Below are positions 37,815-51,094 of a DNA stretch of 64,000 nucleotides, piece after piece. The notes beneath the pieces were generated by a model. It saw nothing but the letters and a program-made list of their open reading frames with translations, was not told where the DNA came from and made no database searches. The stretch is from assembly GCA_951406725.2 (NCBI GenBank), contig OX597822.1:77066001-77130000 (forward strand). The letters run 5' to 3'. Within the stretch, counting starts at the first letter, position 1; every line of letters begins with the position of its first letter. Source of the stretch: Octopus vulgaris. Taxonomy: Eukaryota. The position numbers were made by a program, and so were the translations under genes.

Positions 37815-38367
37815 TTGAGTGAGAGAGCAGTGCATGCCATCAAAGTAACACTGGGGTAAAATATAAGCTCCATATACCCATCATGACTACTCGTTTGATA
37901 AGGGTACCCCAGACATACACACCACAACCATGTGTGCGCGACATGGTGATCTCATATCAAGATTAATAGCGCATGATCTTGAAGGTGGGACCCAGTTAGA
38001 ATTTTCTTCAGATCGAATAGCTCATCCTACTCAAAAGGTCCCCGAATAAGAGTTGTTTGAGAGTGTTGAACGAAACACCCATGTTTCCAGAAGTGAATTA
38101 TTCAAACTCCAAAGAATTCTTCTTAACATATGGCTATGATGCCCCCCAACTATTTCTGCTCATGATCAGAGATGCACATATCGTCGCCACAAAGGGACAT
38201 GCTCAACTGGTTAAGGTCAAGCAACTGACAAGCAAATCTTTGGTATTGAGCAGAATATTTGCTGTAGCCCATCTTTTATACCAAGACAAAAAAATGTACA
38301 AGATAACACTTCCAATCAGTTAAGATCAGAAGCCATGAGAGCCACTGCCTGGTACTGCATCAGGGTA
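37815..38367 (-). mobile_element. ~550-bp non-coding element embedded in (TAA)n, copy 2
   Basis: Reverse complement of 20331-20878, with (TTA)n on both sides. Confidence 0.8.
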
Positions 38368-38380
38368 TTTATTATTATTA

Positions 38381-38433
<53 letters not shown>

Positions 38434-38442
38434 CAGTTCATA

Positions 38443-38476
<34 letters not shown>

Positions 38477-38594
38477 CCACTCTGTTCCTTCCTCTGTCTC
38501 TCTTTCTCTCTCTATGTACACACACACACACACATCCATGATAGATCGTTAGCTCCTACACGCATTTTTTTCTCTCCTTGTTTTTTTCTGTGTA

Positions 38595-38632
38595 TCTTTC
38601 TGTCGAAGAACGTAGGCTCGAAACGTAAAAGA
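38595..38632 (+). ncRNA. Minimal hammerhead-like motif (A6U) in a short PLE pLTR-like repeat (~38545-38722)
   Basis: tcttt-CTGTCGA-A-GAAC-gtag-GCTC-GAAA-CG-TA|aaaga, with a 5-bp stem I, a palindromic ACGT stem III and one stem II mismatch. Confidence 0.55.
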
Positions 38633-38720
38633 CTTTTTCTATTCCTGAGCGCTATACTAATACATTTGTTTGTTTGTACTCCACCTGCCTTCGTCTTTTG
38701 TTTATTTTTGTAAACTTTCC

Positions 38721-38760
<40 letters not shown>

Positions 38761-39405
38761 AATTTATATGGTCTCAAAAAAGCTGTATACTATATGTGTG
38801 TGTTCGTATAAATGTGCATTTATTTATTTTTATTTTTGCACACCAATGCTTGGTGCATATTCTTGCTCATTTTGCTGCGAACCAAACAAGTAACGTTTTC
38901 ATCTTTTTGCGTTATTTCTAAACTTGATATAATTTAATTTTATAACATCTAACAAACACAACCCTTTCTCCGTTATCTTCACACCTTCACTCTCACAATG
39001 AACGTATGTGTATGAGTATACATACATACATACATACATACATACATACATACATACATACATACATACATACACATGCACACACATACATATATGTGTG
39101 TAAGTTTGTATGAATGTATATCCGCTCTCGTGTGGCTATATTTACCTGTGTCGGACGTTAACTGGTACAGCTGCTACTAGTGCCAGCAGGTATATATGTG
39201 TTACTAAAGATAGAAGAAGTAGAAAAGTCCACCGCAATCGGCACCATCGCAACCATCAACAGCAAAAACAACAGCAACAACAACCACAGCAAAAACTACA
39301 GCGATGACTTAGAAATGCAGATGTGCATTCGACCTGATCACAGACTTCTATCGTAGATACGTAGTTTACCGACGTTCAGACGAACCAAAATCAATAACAA
39401 GATTT

Positions 39406-39436
<31 letters not shown>

Positions 39437-39438
39437 AT

Positions 39439-39738
39439 GAGGCGCAATGGCCCAGTGGTTAGGGCAGCGGACTCGCGGTCGGAGGATCGCGGTTTCGATT
39501 CCCAGACCGGGCGTTGTGTGTGTTTATTGAGCGAAAACACCTAAAGCTCCACGAGGCTCCGGCAGGGGGTGGTGGTGAACCCCGTTGTACTCTTTCGCCA
39601 CAATTTTCTCTCACTCTCTCTTCCTGTTTCTTGAGTAAAGCTGCGATGGACTGGCGTCCAGTCCATCTGGGGGAACACATACGCCATAGAAACCGGGAAA
39701 GCGAGCCCATGAGCCTGGCTAGGCATGAAAAGGGCGCA
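39439..39738 (+). mobile_element. tRNA-headed SINE with a V-domain-like core
   Basis: A box tggcccagtggttag and B box ggtttcgattccc. gcgatggactggcgtccagtccatctgggg...atagaaaccgg resembles the V-SINE central domain. Confidence 0.75.
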
Positions 39739-39744
39739 CGCACG

Positions 39745-39820
<76 letters not shown>

Positions 39821-39825
39821 AGCAG

Positions 39826-40148
39826 TGAAGACGCGTGGCTTTGTGGTATGGGCATTCGGCTCACAATCGTAAGGTCGTAAGTTCAATTCCCGGCTATGCG
39901 TTCTGTCCTTAAGCAAGGCACTTTATTTCACGTTATTCCAGTCCACTCAGCTGGCAAAAATGAGTAGTACCTGTATTTCAAAGGGTCGGCCTTGTCACAT
40001 TCTGTGTCACGCTGAATCTCCATGAGAACAACGTTAAGGGTACATGTGTCTGTGGAGTGCTCAGCCACTTGTAAGTTAATTTCATTAGCAGGCTGTTCCG
40101 TTGATCGAATCAGCTGGGGCATTCGTCGTCGTAACCGACGAAGTGTTC
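39826..40148 (+). mobile_element. tRNA-headed CORE-like SINE
   Basis: A/B boxes, then tgtccttaagcaaggcactttatttcac...cagtccactcagctggcaaaaatgagtag. Further copies lie at 60688-60937 and 62843-63158. Confidence 0.8.
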
Positions 40149-40180
40149 CATATATATATAGGCACCCATCTAAGAATAAG

Positions 40181-40660
<480 letters not shown>

Positions 40661-41174
40661 CAGGAAAATATATGTTTATACGTTTTCAGCAAAAAGAAAG
40701 GAAAAACGAAAACCGAATGCGAGAAAAGCAGACACGCTCTGCGTCACCACCAACTCCGCCCGAAATAAATACATAAAGTAGAATAATACAGATAATAAAT
40801 CATTGAATAAAAAGAAAGCGGATCTACTCGAAACGTTAATTTTAATCTCTTGTCGGAGAATATGAACTGCCCTATTTTGGCAGTGTCGAACTACACGAGG
40901 AATGCAAACACTAAATTGTATTTTCTTTTTACTTCTGTGTTATATTTTATTAGCATATTGTATCGTCAAAAATACTGCGAGTTTTACTAATGATAGAAAA
41001 TGGCTCATGAGAATTATTGGAGAAGCGGTAGATAAATATCAGTAATTGAGTAAATATACGGACTACACAGAATGAGAAGCACGTGAAATGTTTGATATAA
41101 TTCTAAGGTTTCGTTTCAAAGTGTCTTGATCTATGTGATGTTTATATACCAAACATTGACGTTTTTATGCTTGC

Positions 41175-41350
41175 ATGGACCAGGCAGATTTTGTACGACT
41201 GGATGCCCTCCCTGTCGCCAAACATCACCTGTTCCAAGGAAGGTAACATTTCAGCATGCCCAGACAGGCTTACATGGAAGACTGGAAACAAAGGACACCG
41301 CTTGCATCACAGTGATACTCGTTTACAATTATCAAGCAAAGTCAAGGAAA
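41175..41350 (-). mobile_element. RTE-related SINE/UTR fragment
   Basis: Minus-strand ggcgacagggagggcatccagtcgtacaaaa resembles the GGCGACAGGAAGGGCATCCGGCCGTAAAA motif of RTE-related SINEs. A weaker copy lies at ~41865-41895. Confidence 0.45.
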
Positions 41351-41403
41351 GGAGTGAGTAACACACACTCACACACACGCGCATATACATATGCATGCAC
41401 ATA

Positions 41404-41511
<108 letters not shown>

Positions 41512-41526
41512 CACACATATACATAC

Positions 41527-41582
<56 letters not shown>

Positions 41583-42352
41583 GTATATGCACACATACAA
41601 ACACGCGCGCACACACACACACATATAGATAGATAGATAGACTCTTAGATACACACGAATACTTATACAAATATCTATGCATGTATTTACGTGTGTATGT
41701 GTCTTTATGTGTGGGTGTGTATTTATGTGTATATGTGTGTATATGTGTTTGTTTACATTTCTTAAGAACATAGCTGAATTGGTGTTCTCGACAACTTCAC
41801 GTCAACAACTTCCCGTTACGATGACGTGTGAAATAATTATCCTTTGCTCGAAGAAAGAAATAAGAGTTAGTGTCAGAAAGGGCATGAATGGAAAAACAGA
41901 CGAGCACGAAATAATATATGTATAATTTTCTAATGCTACGTGAACGATAATATTTTGAAAAAGACTTCGTGTATGTGTGTTTGTGTGTGTGAAATTGATA
42001 AATTAGACATAATTTAAGATAAAAATTTGCAGTTTCATTTCGTTTAAAATAGCTACTGCAGAGTAAAACTTATTACTACTGTTCACCTTCGTTTAGCGTC
42101 TCTGACTGATATTCAATCCCCCCTACGTTTGTTTCGTTTCCTTCTATCAGCCTGACCGAAGTGTGTAACGCATCGCGTAAAAATACTTTATTGTGCATGA
42201 TTTGTACATTACTCGACCTTTCTTTTATTCATTTTGATTTGAATTCCTATGTATGTCCCTAAATAAGCATGTTTGGAGCAAGACCCTTCTACGGAGAAAA
42301 CTTCCGAATCCAGAAAAAATCCAACAAGAATCTTTCATATTATATTATATTA

Positions 42353-42919
42353 TTGGGTTGTCCGGAAAGTTCGTGCCGATTTTTAAAGGGAAGAAAAGGG
42401 TCAATAAATACTTGCCATTACATTTTTAATCTACCAAATATGAACCATTTTGTTGCTCAATGCGTCTCCATTTTTCCTTTAACTTGAAAATACCCTCTTC
42501 CCAGAATTGAGGTGGTTTCATGGCAAAGAATTCATCAAGGTATCTTTTTACGTCATCCAAGGAATTGAAATTTTTACCACTAAGACTATTCTGCAGAGAC
42601 CTGAATAAGTGGAAATCTGAAGGAGCAATATCTGGTGAATATGGAGGGTGGGGTAACACATCCCAGCCGAGCTGCAGCAATTTTTGTCTGGTTCCCAAAA
42701 CATCAAGTGCCGAAAAGGAACTTTCTTATCTTCCATTTTAAAGGGCTACAGAATTAACACAGATTATAGGAATATAAACCTTCTTGCACGAAAAGATAGC
42801 TTAAACTGTGCTCTAAATGGAGGTGTAGTCAAATCCTATTTTATGGACTCAAACCATGTTCTAAAATAAGTCGAGAGGTAAGCTACTATAAATCGGCACG
42901 AACTTTCCGGACAACCCAA
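42353..42919 (-). mobile_element. Internally deleted mariner (DD34D) transposon, 567 bp
   Basis: Perfect 30-bp TIRs ttgggttgtccggaaagttcgtgccgattt and a TA TSD on both sides. The transposase C-terminus GWDVLPHPPYSPDIAPSDFHLFRSLQN lies at 42426-42698. Confidence 0.95.
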
Positions 42920-43079
42920 TATATGCAGAATACCGCTGTAAAGACGTGAAAGGGAAACACTCTGCATACCATAAAAGCTTATGCATGGTTATGTTTCCTA
43001 TAAACTTGGTGCACACGATGATATTAGTTTCAAAAATCGGCACGCAGCTCACCACCTTATTTCACAGATGATTAAGCCA

Positions 43080-43475
43080 GTAGTTTCGGAGGGGTAGAGC
43101 GAGCAAGTTGATTACGTTGATCCCAGTGATCACTCCGAAGGGATGAAAGGCAAAGTCGACTCGGCGGAATTTGAATTCAAAACGTTAAACATTTTGCCGA
43201 CGTACAAGCGATTCTGCCAGCTAGCAGTCTTAAATAATTATGTAATATTATAAAATATTCTTTTTTACTCTAGGCACAAGGCCTGAAATTTTGGGGGAGG
43301 AGGCCAGTGGATTATCTCGACTCCAGAACGCAACTTAGTACTTATTTAATCGACCCCCGAAAGGGTGAAAGGCAAAGTCGACCTCCGCGGAATTTGAACT
43401 CAGAACGCAGCGGTAGACGAAACACCGCAAAGTATTTCGCCCGATGTGCTAACCATTCTGCCAACTCGCCACCTT
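43080..43475 (-). mobile_element. Two Meta-domain SINE copies
   Basis: gaaaggcaaagtcgac cores at ~43145 and ~43367, each with a head. Confidence 0.8.
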
Positions 43476-43484
43476 AAATGATTA

Positions 43485-43708
43485 CTCTCTTTACTCTTTT
43501 AATTGTTTCAGTCATTTGACTGCGGCCATACTGGAGCACCACCTTTAGTCGAGCAAATCGAAATCAGGACTTATTCTTTGTAAGATTAGTACTTATTCTA
43601 TTGGTCTCTCTTTTGCCGAACCGCTAAGTTACGGGGACGGAAACACACCAGCATCGGTTGTCAATCGATGTTGGGGGGACAAACACAGACAAACAAACAC
43701 ACACATGC

Positions 43709-43739
<31 letters not shown>

Positions 43740-43906
43740 TACGGCGGGGTTCTTTCAGTTTCCGTCAACCAAATCCAATCACAAGGCTTTGGTCGGCCCG
43801 AGGCTATAGTAGCAGACACTTGCCCAAGGTGCCACGTAGTGGGACTGAACCCGGAACCATGTGGCTGGTAAGCAAGCTACTTAGCACACAGCCACCCCTG
43901 CGCCTA
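43485..43906 (-). mobile_element. Full-length bipartite tRNA-SINE
   Basis: Same organisation as 40181-40660. Its internal segment is duplicated at ~43997-44080. Confidence 0.9.
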
Positions 43907-44388
43907 TGTAATATTATAAAATGCTACAAGTGTTGTATTGCCTTTTGGCCGCCGTCTGATGAGGAGAGCATGCATCACATGTATTCGGTTCATTAAGGGG
44001 GACAAACACAGACAAACAAACACACACATGCATATATATATATATATATACATATATACGGCGGGGTTCTTTCAGTTTCCTTTCATTAAGGGCGAGCCGT
44101 CTGAATCATTAGCAGCATTTCGTCCGGTCTGTCTATGCATTCTGTGTACGTATTCCGCCGAGGTCAACTTTGTCTTTCATGGTTTTTATGGGGGTGGGGG
44201 ATCGATAGAATAAATACCAGTTGGACACTGGGGTTAATGGAATCATTTTGGCCCTTTCCACAGAATTGCAAGCTTTATGCCAAAGTTTCAAATCAATATT
44301 ACGTAATCATTGTTTATGGCGGCGATTTGGGTCCGAAACGATCGTAATGAATGAATAAATGGAACACAAACACCATGTATATATATAT

Positions 44389-44423
44389 GTTTCTGACAAA
44401 GAGCTCCGCTCGAAACGTAAAAC
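44389..44423 (+). ncRNA. Minimal hammerhead motif (G8A, probably decayed) in a short PLE pLTR-like repeat (to ~44527)
   Basis: gttt-CTGACAA-A-GAGC-tcc-GCTC-GAAA-CG-TA|aaac. The downstream ttcctgagcg...atttgtt tail is related to 38640-38720. Confidence 0.55.
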
Positions 44424-45029
44424 CCCCCTTCTTCCCTTCCTTCCTGAGCGTCCAATAATACTATATTTGTTCCACATCCTCGCGTTGTTGTGCTTTCTCT
44501 TTGTGTTTTCATGTTTGGATTAACTTTATATATACATTATATATATATATATTTATATTCACGCACACACATATATATGTATATATGTGTATGTGTGTGT
44601 GTTTATACATATACACATACAAGCACACACACACACACACACCGTGAATGAGGAAGCGCTATACTTTGGAGCTCTTTCCCTCTTTCTCTGTCCCTCTCTC
44701 TCTCTCTCTCCCTCCCTCTCTCTCTCGTTCGCTCTCTCTCCCTCTCTCTCTATCTCTCACTACACACACTGATATGGAATTTCATACTTTCTGTATACCA
44801 ACTCCACAACCACACACAGAACCGTACTAAAGAGAGATCACCTCCTCTCTTAGTCAACGACACAGTAACGCACAGACATCAACTCATCTCCTCTCCCAGC
44901 GACCAATCCCTCCCTCCCTCCCGCCCTTCTACCATCCGTTCAGCCATGCATGGAAGCATTCCAGCGGCATATCTAAAAATTTTTTTGCTTCATTTCATCA
45001 TATTTTAATTTCATTCTTTATGTTAGACT

Positions 45030-46870
45030 TGTTAACGTGTTACTTGTATTAGTTATCAATGGTTTTGCCGATGGTAAATGGCACTGGGAATCTCGATGGT
45101 GGTCTTGGTTGTCGTGGCGGTGGTGGTGGTGTGTTTTTATGGGGACTGTTATGGTGGCGGGTGACGGTGCAGACAGTGAAGGTAGCGGTGATGGCGGTGT
45201 GCTGCTGGTGGTGATGATGGTTGTGATGACGAAGTGGTGGTGGTGGTGGTGGTGGCAGTGGTGATGACGGTGTACTGCTGGTGCTGGTGATGATGGTTGT
45301 GATGACGAAGTGAATCTTTTAGGGGAGCTGTGATAGCGGTGGGTGGTGGTGTAATGTTGTTAATGATTTGATGATGATGAAGAGAAAGAGGAGGAGGATG
45401 GTCATCGTGGTGGCAACGGTGGTGATGGTGGTGATGGTATGGGGATGACACTGGGGGTAGAACAATGGTATTGGGATAGGTGTGATGAAGACGGTAGAGG
45501 TAATGTTGATGATAATGATGATGATGATGTGATGGTAGTGGTGGTGGTGCTGAAAGTGATGACAATGGGAAGATGCGATGCTGGTAGCAGTAGTACGGGT
45601 GGTGGTGGTCGTGTGTGGCGGCGGCGGTGGTGATAGTGGTGGTGATGGTGACTGTTGTAGTTGATATTGTTCAGCTCCAAATCAATCCTCTGAGAACACA
45701 GTTTTGATTTAAGAGATTGCATTTATGGCAATCGCATCTTTTTGTCATATGTGCACGGAACCCAGAACCTCATTTAACACGCTACGATATGACCCAGAAC
45801 CTCATTTTACACGCTAACATTATGATGGAGAGTTTGGCTGCTATTTCTAGCAAACCGAATGGCCATACGGCGGCACGGTGGTGATGAAGGTTGCCATTGA
45901 TGGGCGTTAGCGATAGAGGTCGTAATAACTGCAATGGTGTTGGTGTTGGTGGTATTTATGATGACAGGTAGATGCACGTTAATAGCCGTAGAGCACGTGG
46001 TTGGTGATTATGATAGGGACGCAGGTGATACGTTTGTCCTGGAGACAGAGATGAGAGATTATTGGTAGGTTCTGGAAGTTTCTGGTGATGCTATTAGTTA
46101 CTGTTGGTTGGTGACGCAGTTGGTGGTTCTGCGACTGGTACTGCAGTTGCTTCTGTCGATGGCGACACTTTGCTGATGGCGCCGCTGGTTGTGTGTTATT
46201 GGAGCAGATAGCAGTGGTGGCGATGGCGGCGGCGGCGATGGTGGTGGTGGTTGGGGGGGGAGCCATGGCGGCGGCGATGGTATCGACGATGGCAGAAGTG
46301 ATGGTAGCGGTGATGGAGGTGGCGATGGACGTGGCGATGGTTGCAGCGAAGGAGAGAACGAGGTGGGTGGGGGATTGCAATTGGTATGGCGATGGTGGCG
46401 GCGATGGGATGGGATGGGGGTGGTGATAGTTGCGGCGATGGTGGCGGTGATGATGGCGGTGATGGTGGCAGCGATGGAGGCGGTGGTGATTGCGGCGATG
46501 GGATGGGGGCAGTGATGGTTGCGGCGATGGTGGTGGTGGTTGTGGGGGGGGGTGATAGTTGCGGCGATGGTGGCGGCGATGTCGGCGGCAAAGGCGGCGG
46601 CGGCGATGGTGGTGGTGACGATGGCTACCATCGTCACCACCACCGTCGCCGATGGTCGCGGCAATGGTGGCGGCGGTGCTTTAAAAAAAAAAAATTTCCC
46701 CAAAATGGTGACGCCGGAGATTGTGATATTGGGAGTAAAAGTAGAGGCTCTGGAGAAGGAACCATGAATATTGAATGCTGTCATGTTTCTGTCTTTTTTA
46801 ACTGCTGCTGTTGGTAATTGTTGCTGCTGCTGCTGCTGCTAATGGTGAAATGCTGTCGGCGGCGTTGGCG
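45030..46870. repeat. Degenerate GGT/GGC/GAT trinucleotide low-complexity region
   Basis: Strong G skew on the plus strand. All frames translate to homopolymeric runs. Confidence 0.85.
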
Positions 46871-47370
46871 AAATAATGGAGGTAATTTTTATATTTGTAG
46901 TTGTTGTAAGAGCTCTTCGTGGAAGAAACAAATTAAAATGCCAAAACTTATCACAGAGCATGACTGAGAAGATGAGTTTAATGAGGGATACATGATTTAA
47001 GGCGAAAATAACTGGTCAGACGCATGCGCACACAGCCACACACATTGACACTGACACACACACACACGAAAATATATACTCATAAATACATAAAAAGAAA
47101 ATTTCATAAACAAATACAAACATATACGCACAAAATACACGTACAAGAACTAATATATACAATGATGATGTGTGTGTGTGTGTGTATACACGTGTATATG
47201 GATGCATATATGTGTGTGTGTAGATATGTATATATATATATATATGTGTATATATATATATATATATATAGATAGATAGATATATATCACATATATGTGA
47301 TATATTTTTTGTAGGTGTGCATTAATGAATTTATGTGTACGTGTATATATATTTATATACATATATATAC

Positions 47371-47408
<38 letters not shown>

Positions 47409-47553
47409 ATGCATACGTATATATATGTATGTATATATGTATATATATATATATATATATAGATAGATAAGAAAAGAATGTATATGTAGGCACTATATAT
47501 ATGTACACACACACTCACACACACACACACATATATATATATGTATATATATA

Positions 47554-47626
<73 letters not shown>

Positions 47627-47635
47627 GTATGTATT

Positions 47636-47667
<32 letters not shown>

Positions 47668-47717
47668 GTATATATATGTATATATATATGTATGCATATA
47701 TATGTATATATATATAT

Positions 47718-48515
47718 ATAACATAAGGGACTAAAGCCATCTGAATATGGCTAGGGACAGGGCAGGGTGGTGGGGGTGTTACTGTTGCATTTAGCCCCAG
47801 GCGAACATCGACGTCACCAGAAAGGCCCGACACCGTCACGGTGTCCTTAACCTGCAAAGGGAGGTAATTCCCCGATGAAGCGGAAACCACACACGGACCA
47901 TGGTACGATAGGCAATACACCTTGAAACCATGGTCCGTGTGTGGTTTCCGCTTCATCGGGGAATTACCTCCATTTGCAGGTTAAGGACACCGTGACGGTG
48001 TCGGGCCTTTCTGGTGACGTCGATGTTCGCCTGGGGCTAAATGCAACAGTAACACCCCCACCACCCTGCCCTGTCCCTAGCCATATTCAGATGGCTTTAG
48101 TCCCTTATGTTATCGAGCAGTTACTGTCTATATCTCTTTTAGAGAATTATTATTGCTTTCGAACAGATTTTCGAAATCAGCAAATATATTTTGCTTGAAA
48201 ATCTATATATGAATATCCTGCAGAGTGAGAATTCGTCGAGGAAGCGGAAGCCTACCACACGCCGACGATAGGCAATACACCTTGAAACCATGGTCCGTGT
48301 GTGGTTTCCGCTTCATCGGGGAATTACCTCCCTTTGCAGGTTAAGGACACCGTGACGGTGTCGGGCCTTTCTGGTGACGTCGATGTTCGCCTGGGGCTAA
48401 ATGCAACAGTAACACCCCCACCACCCTGCCCTGTCCCTAGCCATATTCAGATGGCTTTAGTCCCTTATGTTATCGAGCAGTTACTGTCTATATCTCTTTT
48501 AGAGAATTATTATTG

Positions 48516-48517
<2 letters not shown>
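47718..48517 (+). mobile_element. Retrozyme-like / non-autonomous PLE mini-element: inverted partial copy plus 1.7 tandem 360-nt units
   Basis: 47905-48157 equals 48265-48517 (period 360, 1 mismatch). 47718-47904 is the reverse complement of 47927-48113. The unit contains a hammerhead, and (TA)n lies on both sides. Confidence 0.85.
48231..48326 (+). ncRNA. Type I hammerhead ribozyme motif with a U4C core and long stem I
   Basis: gaagcggaagcctaccacacg-CCGACGA-T-AGG-caataca-CCT-T-GAAA-CCATGG-TC|cgtgtgtggtttccgcttc. Predicted cleavage is after C48295, with the homologous site at C47935. Confidence 0.8.
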
Positions 48518-48586
<69 letters not shown>

Positions 48587-49079
48587 CATATATATGTATA
48601 TATATGTGTATATATAGTCATTTTGTATCGTATTCTTATGTATATATAATTTTAAATGGGCTTTTCACATACGCGAGTATATGTGTGCACACATAAGCAT
48701 ATATGTATATTCAATTACCAGTTAAAGTGCGTTTGTGTGGGTGTGTGGGTGTGTGTGTTTGTAATTTAGAAATACTGTATAAATATTATGATGGAGAAAT
48801 GCTTTTTTTTTTTTTCCTAATATGTAGAGCAAGAACGAATGATTGAACGAATAAATTACTTATTATCTATGTTGCCTGAAGGACATTTTATAAAATATTG
48901 ACAGTGACTTCGTTTTCCCGCAAAGTTTGCAGCTTTTTCAAGTACTGAAATTGGAAACGTGGACAATAGACCAAAAGTACTTATTATAAAGAGGGAGGGA
49001 TGGAAGGAGGGAGGAGGAAGAGGGGGAGGAATTGGGTCAAATATTAGGATATAGGTTGGTGACAAAAAAATGGGAATAA

Positions 49080-49169
<90 letters not shown>

Positions 49170-49196
49170 AAATGATTGATATTTAATTTGGAATAA

Positions 49197-49560
49197 CGGC
49201 AGAATCGTTAGCATGCCAGGCGAAATACTTAACGGTATTTCGTCTGCCGCTACGTTCTGAGTTCAAATTCCGCCGAGGTCAATTTTGCCTTTCATCCTTT
49301 CGGGGTCGATTAAATAAGTACCAGTTACGCACTGGGGTCGATATAATAGACTTAATCCGTTTGTCTGTCCTTGTTTGTCCTCTCTGTGTTTAGCCCCTTG
49401 TGGGTAGTAAAGAAATAGGTGTTCCGTCTGTATTTACGTTCCGAGTTAAAATTTCGCTGAGGTCGATTTTGGTTTTCATATTTTCGGTGTGATAAACATT
49501 GGGGTTGATATAATCGACTAAACCTTTCCCACCAAAATTTCAGACCTTGTGCCTTTAGTA
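49197..49560 (+). mobile_element. Meta-domain SINE dimer
   Basis: Head, unit, junction gaaataggtgttccgtc (~49412), then a diverged second unit. Confidence 0.82.
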
Positions 49561-49984
49561 GAGAGTAATGGCTAAGAGATTAAGTTGACGTTAAAAAGAG
49601 AGAGTGAATATAAAGGAATTAATGACCTGCTAGTTTAACGGTCCAAGCAGTAGAAATATATTAACAAATAGTGGGTTTCACATGAATTGCAGTTTCACGT
49701 GAATTGTGGAGTTTCACCTCTTGAAGGCTTTTCTAGTTTCAGTAAAATGTGATACTTGACTCTATCTTGGCATTCGAGTTCTTTTTCTTCAATTTCTGAA
49801 TGTTTTGAGATGTCAGGTAGATTCGTTCCTTCGTTTCCAGTCTTATTTGAATTAACACGAAAAATATTTTTACCGTAGTGCTTTATGTTTGTTTGTTTTT
49901 TATTTTAGTAGCTGTATTCTTCTACAGCTTTTGCTTATAGTTTTTGAAATTTGAATAAATTTTACCTGCTTTCAGACATAAGTC

Positions 49985-50245
49985 GATGGAATGCCAAGTA
50001 AAGAAATGCGCATTTCCGACATCTGCTTCTCTTCGCTTTCAATCAAGATTCCGAAACTGCCAAACCTTCTCCGGTCGCTCTCTAACAGACGGCGTTCCGT
50101 TCAACAACGAGGTATAGCTGTAAACGTAACTCGATAAACCTTCAAACCAAGATCTGCTAATTTCCATCATGAAGGCTTTGACAAGCTACTGGAGATTTGG
50201 CAAGAGGTCGTTTAACAATGAAGGAGAATATATTGTTGATAAATT
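49985..50245 (+). mobile_element. Decayed, internally deleted mariner
   Basis: An N-terminal remnant (MECQVKK/HFRHLLLFAFNQ) and a C-terminal remnant (EGFDKLLEIWQEV/NNEGEYIVD) typical of mariner transposases. Confidence 0.65.
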
Positions 50246-50281
50246 TCTTAAGATTGTTGACGAAGAATTAGAATTGAAATA

Positions 50282-50435
50282 GATGTGGTTATTTGGCAAG
50301 TCTGCTTCCCAACCACATGGTTCCGGGTTCAGTCCCATTCCGTTACATCTTAGGCAAGTGTCTTCTATCATAGTCCCGGACTGACCAAAGCCTTGTGAGT
50401 GAAATTGGTAGACGGAAACTGAAAGAAGCCTATTT
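50282..50435 (+). mobile_element. Bipartite tRNA-SINE, 5' half
   Basis: caaccacatggttccgggttcagtccc...ggcaagtgtcttcta...gaaactgaaagaagcc, followed by (TA)n. Confidence 0.85.
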
Positions 50436-50460
50436 TGTATATATATATATATATATATAT

Positions 50461-50892
<432 letters not shown>

Positions 50893-51094
50893 TACCCCAC
50901 TCATTGTAAACTTGTAATAGCACATCTGGTGATACATGGGCAAAGGAATTGGCGATGCATTCCTTCAAATGATTTATGTCTTTTATCTTTTCGCGATACA
51001 GAGGGGTCAGATCAGGGGACCTTATGAACTGTTTCTTATAAAAAAAAATGTTTTCCTACGTTTGAAGACGTTTGAATCACCCTGTATATATATA

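Noticed and set aside
39439-39512. tRNA gene (likewise other A/B-box heads)
   Set aside because: The acceptor stem is not formed and each head continues into a SINE body.
43957-43995. CTGATGAG followed by a weak hairpin
   Set aside because: There is no GAAA or stem III, and the sequence is cut by a local duplication.
45979-46817. Pro/Ala/Thr- or Gly/Asp-rich ORFs as a mucin or extensin gene
   Set aside because: Overlapping low-complexity ORFs on both strands arise from trinucleotide simplicity. No start, splice or domain support was seen.
48330-48410. HDV-like ribozyme inside the 360-nt unit (ttgca/tgcaa P2, ggt/acc P3, CTAAA)
   Set aside because: There is no P1 partner and L3 lacks the conserved UCC/P1.1 pattern, so the pseudoknot cannot be completed.
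47941-48696. Repeated [23 protein letters not shown]...
   Set aside because: It starts at GTG, runs into (TA)n and has no recognisable domain. A structured non-coding repeat explains it better.
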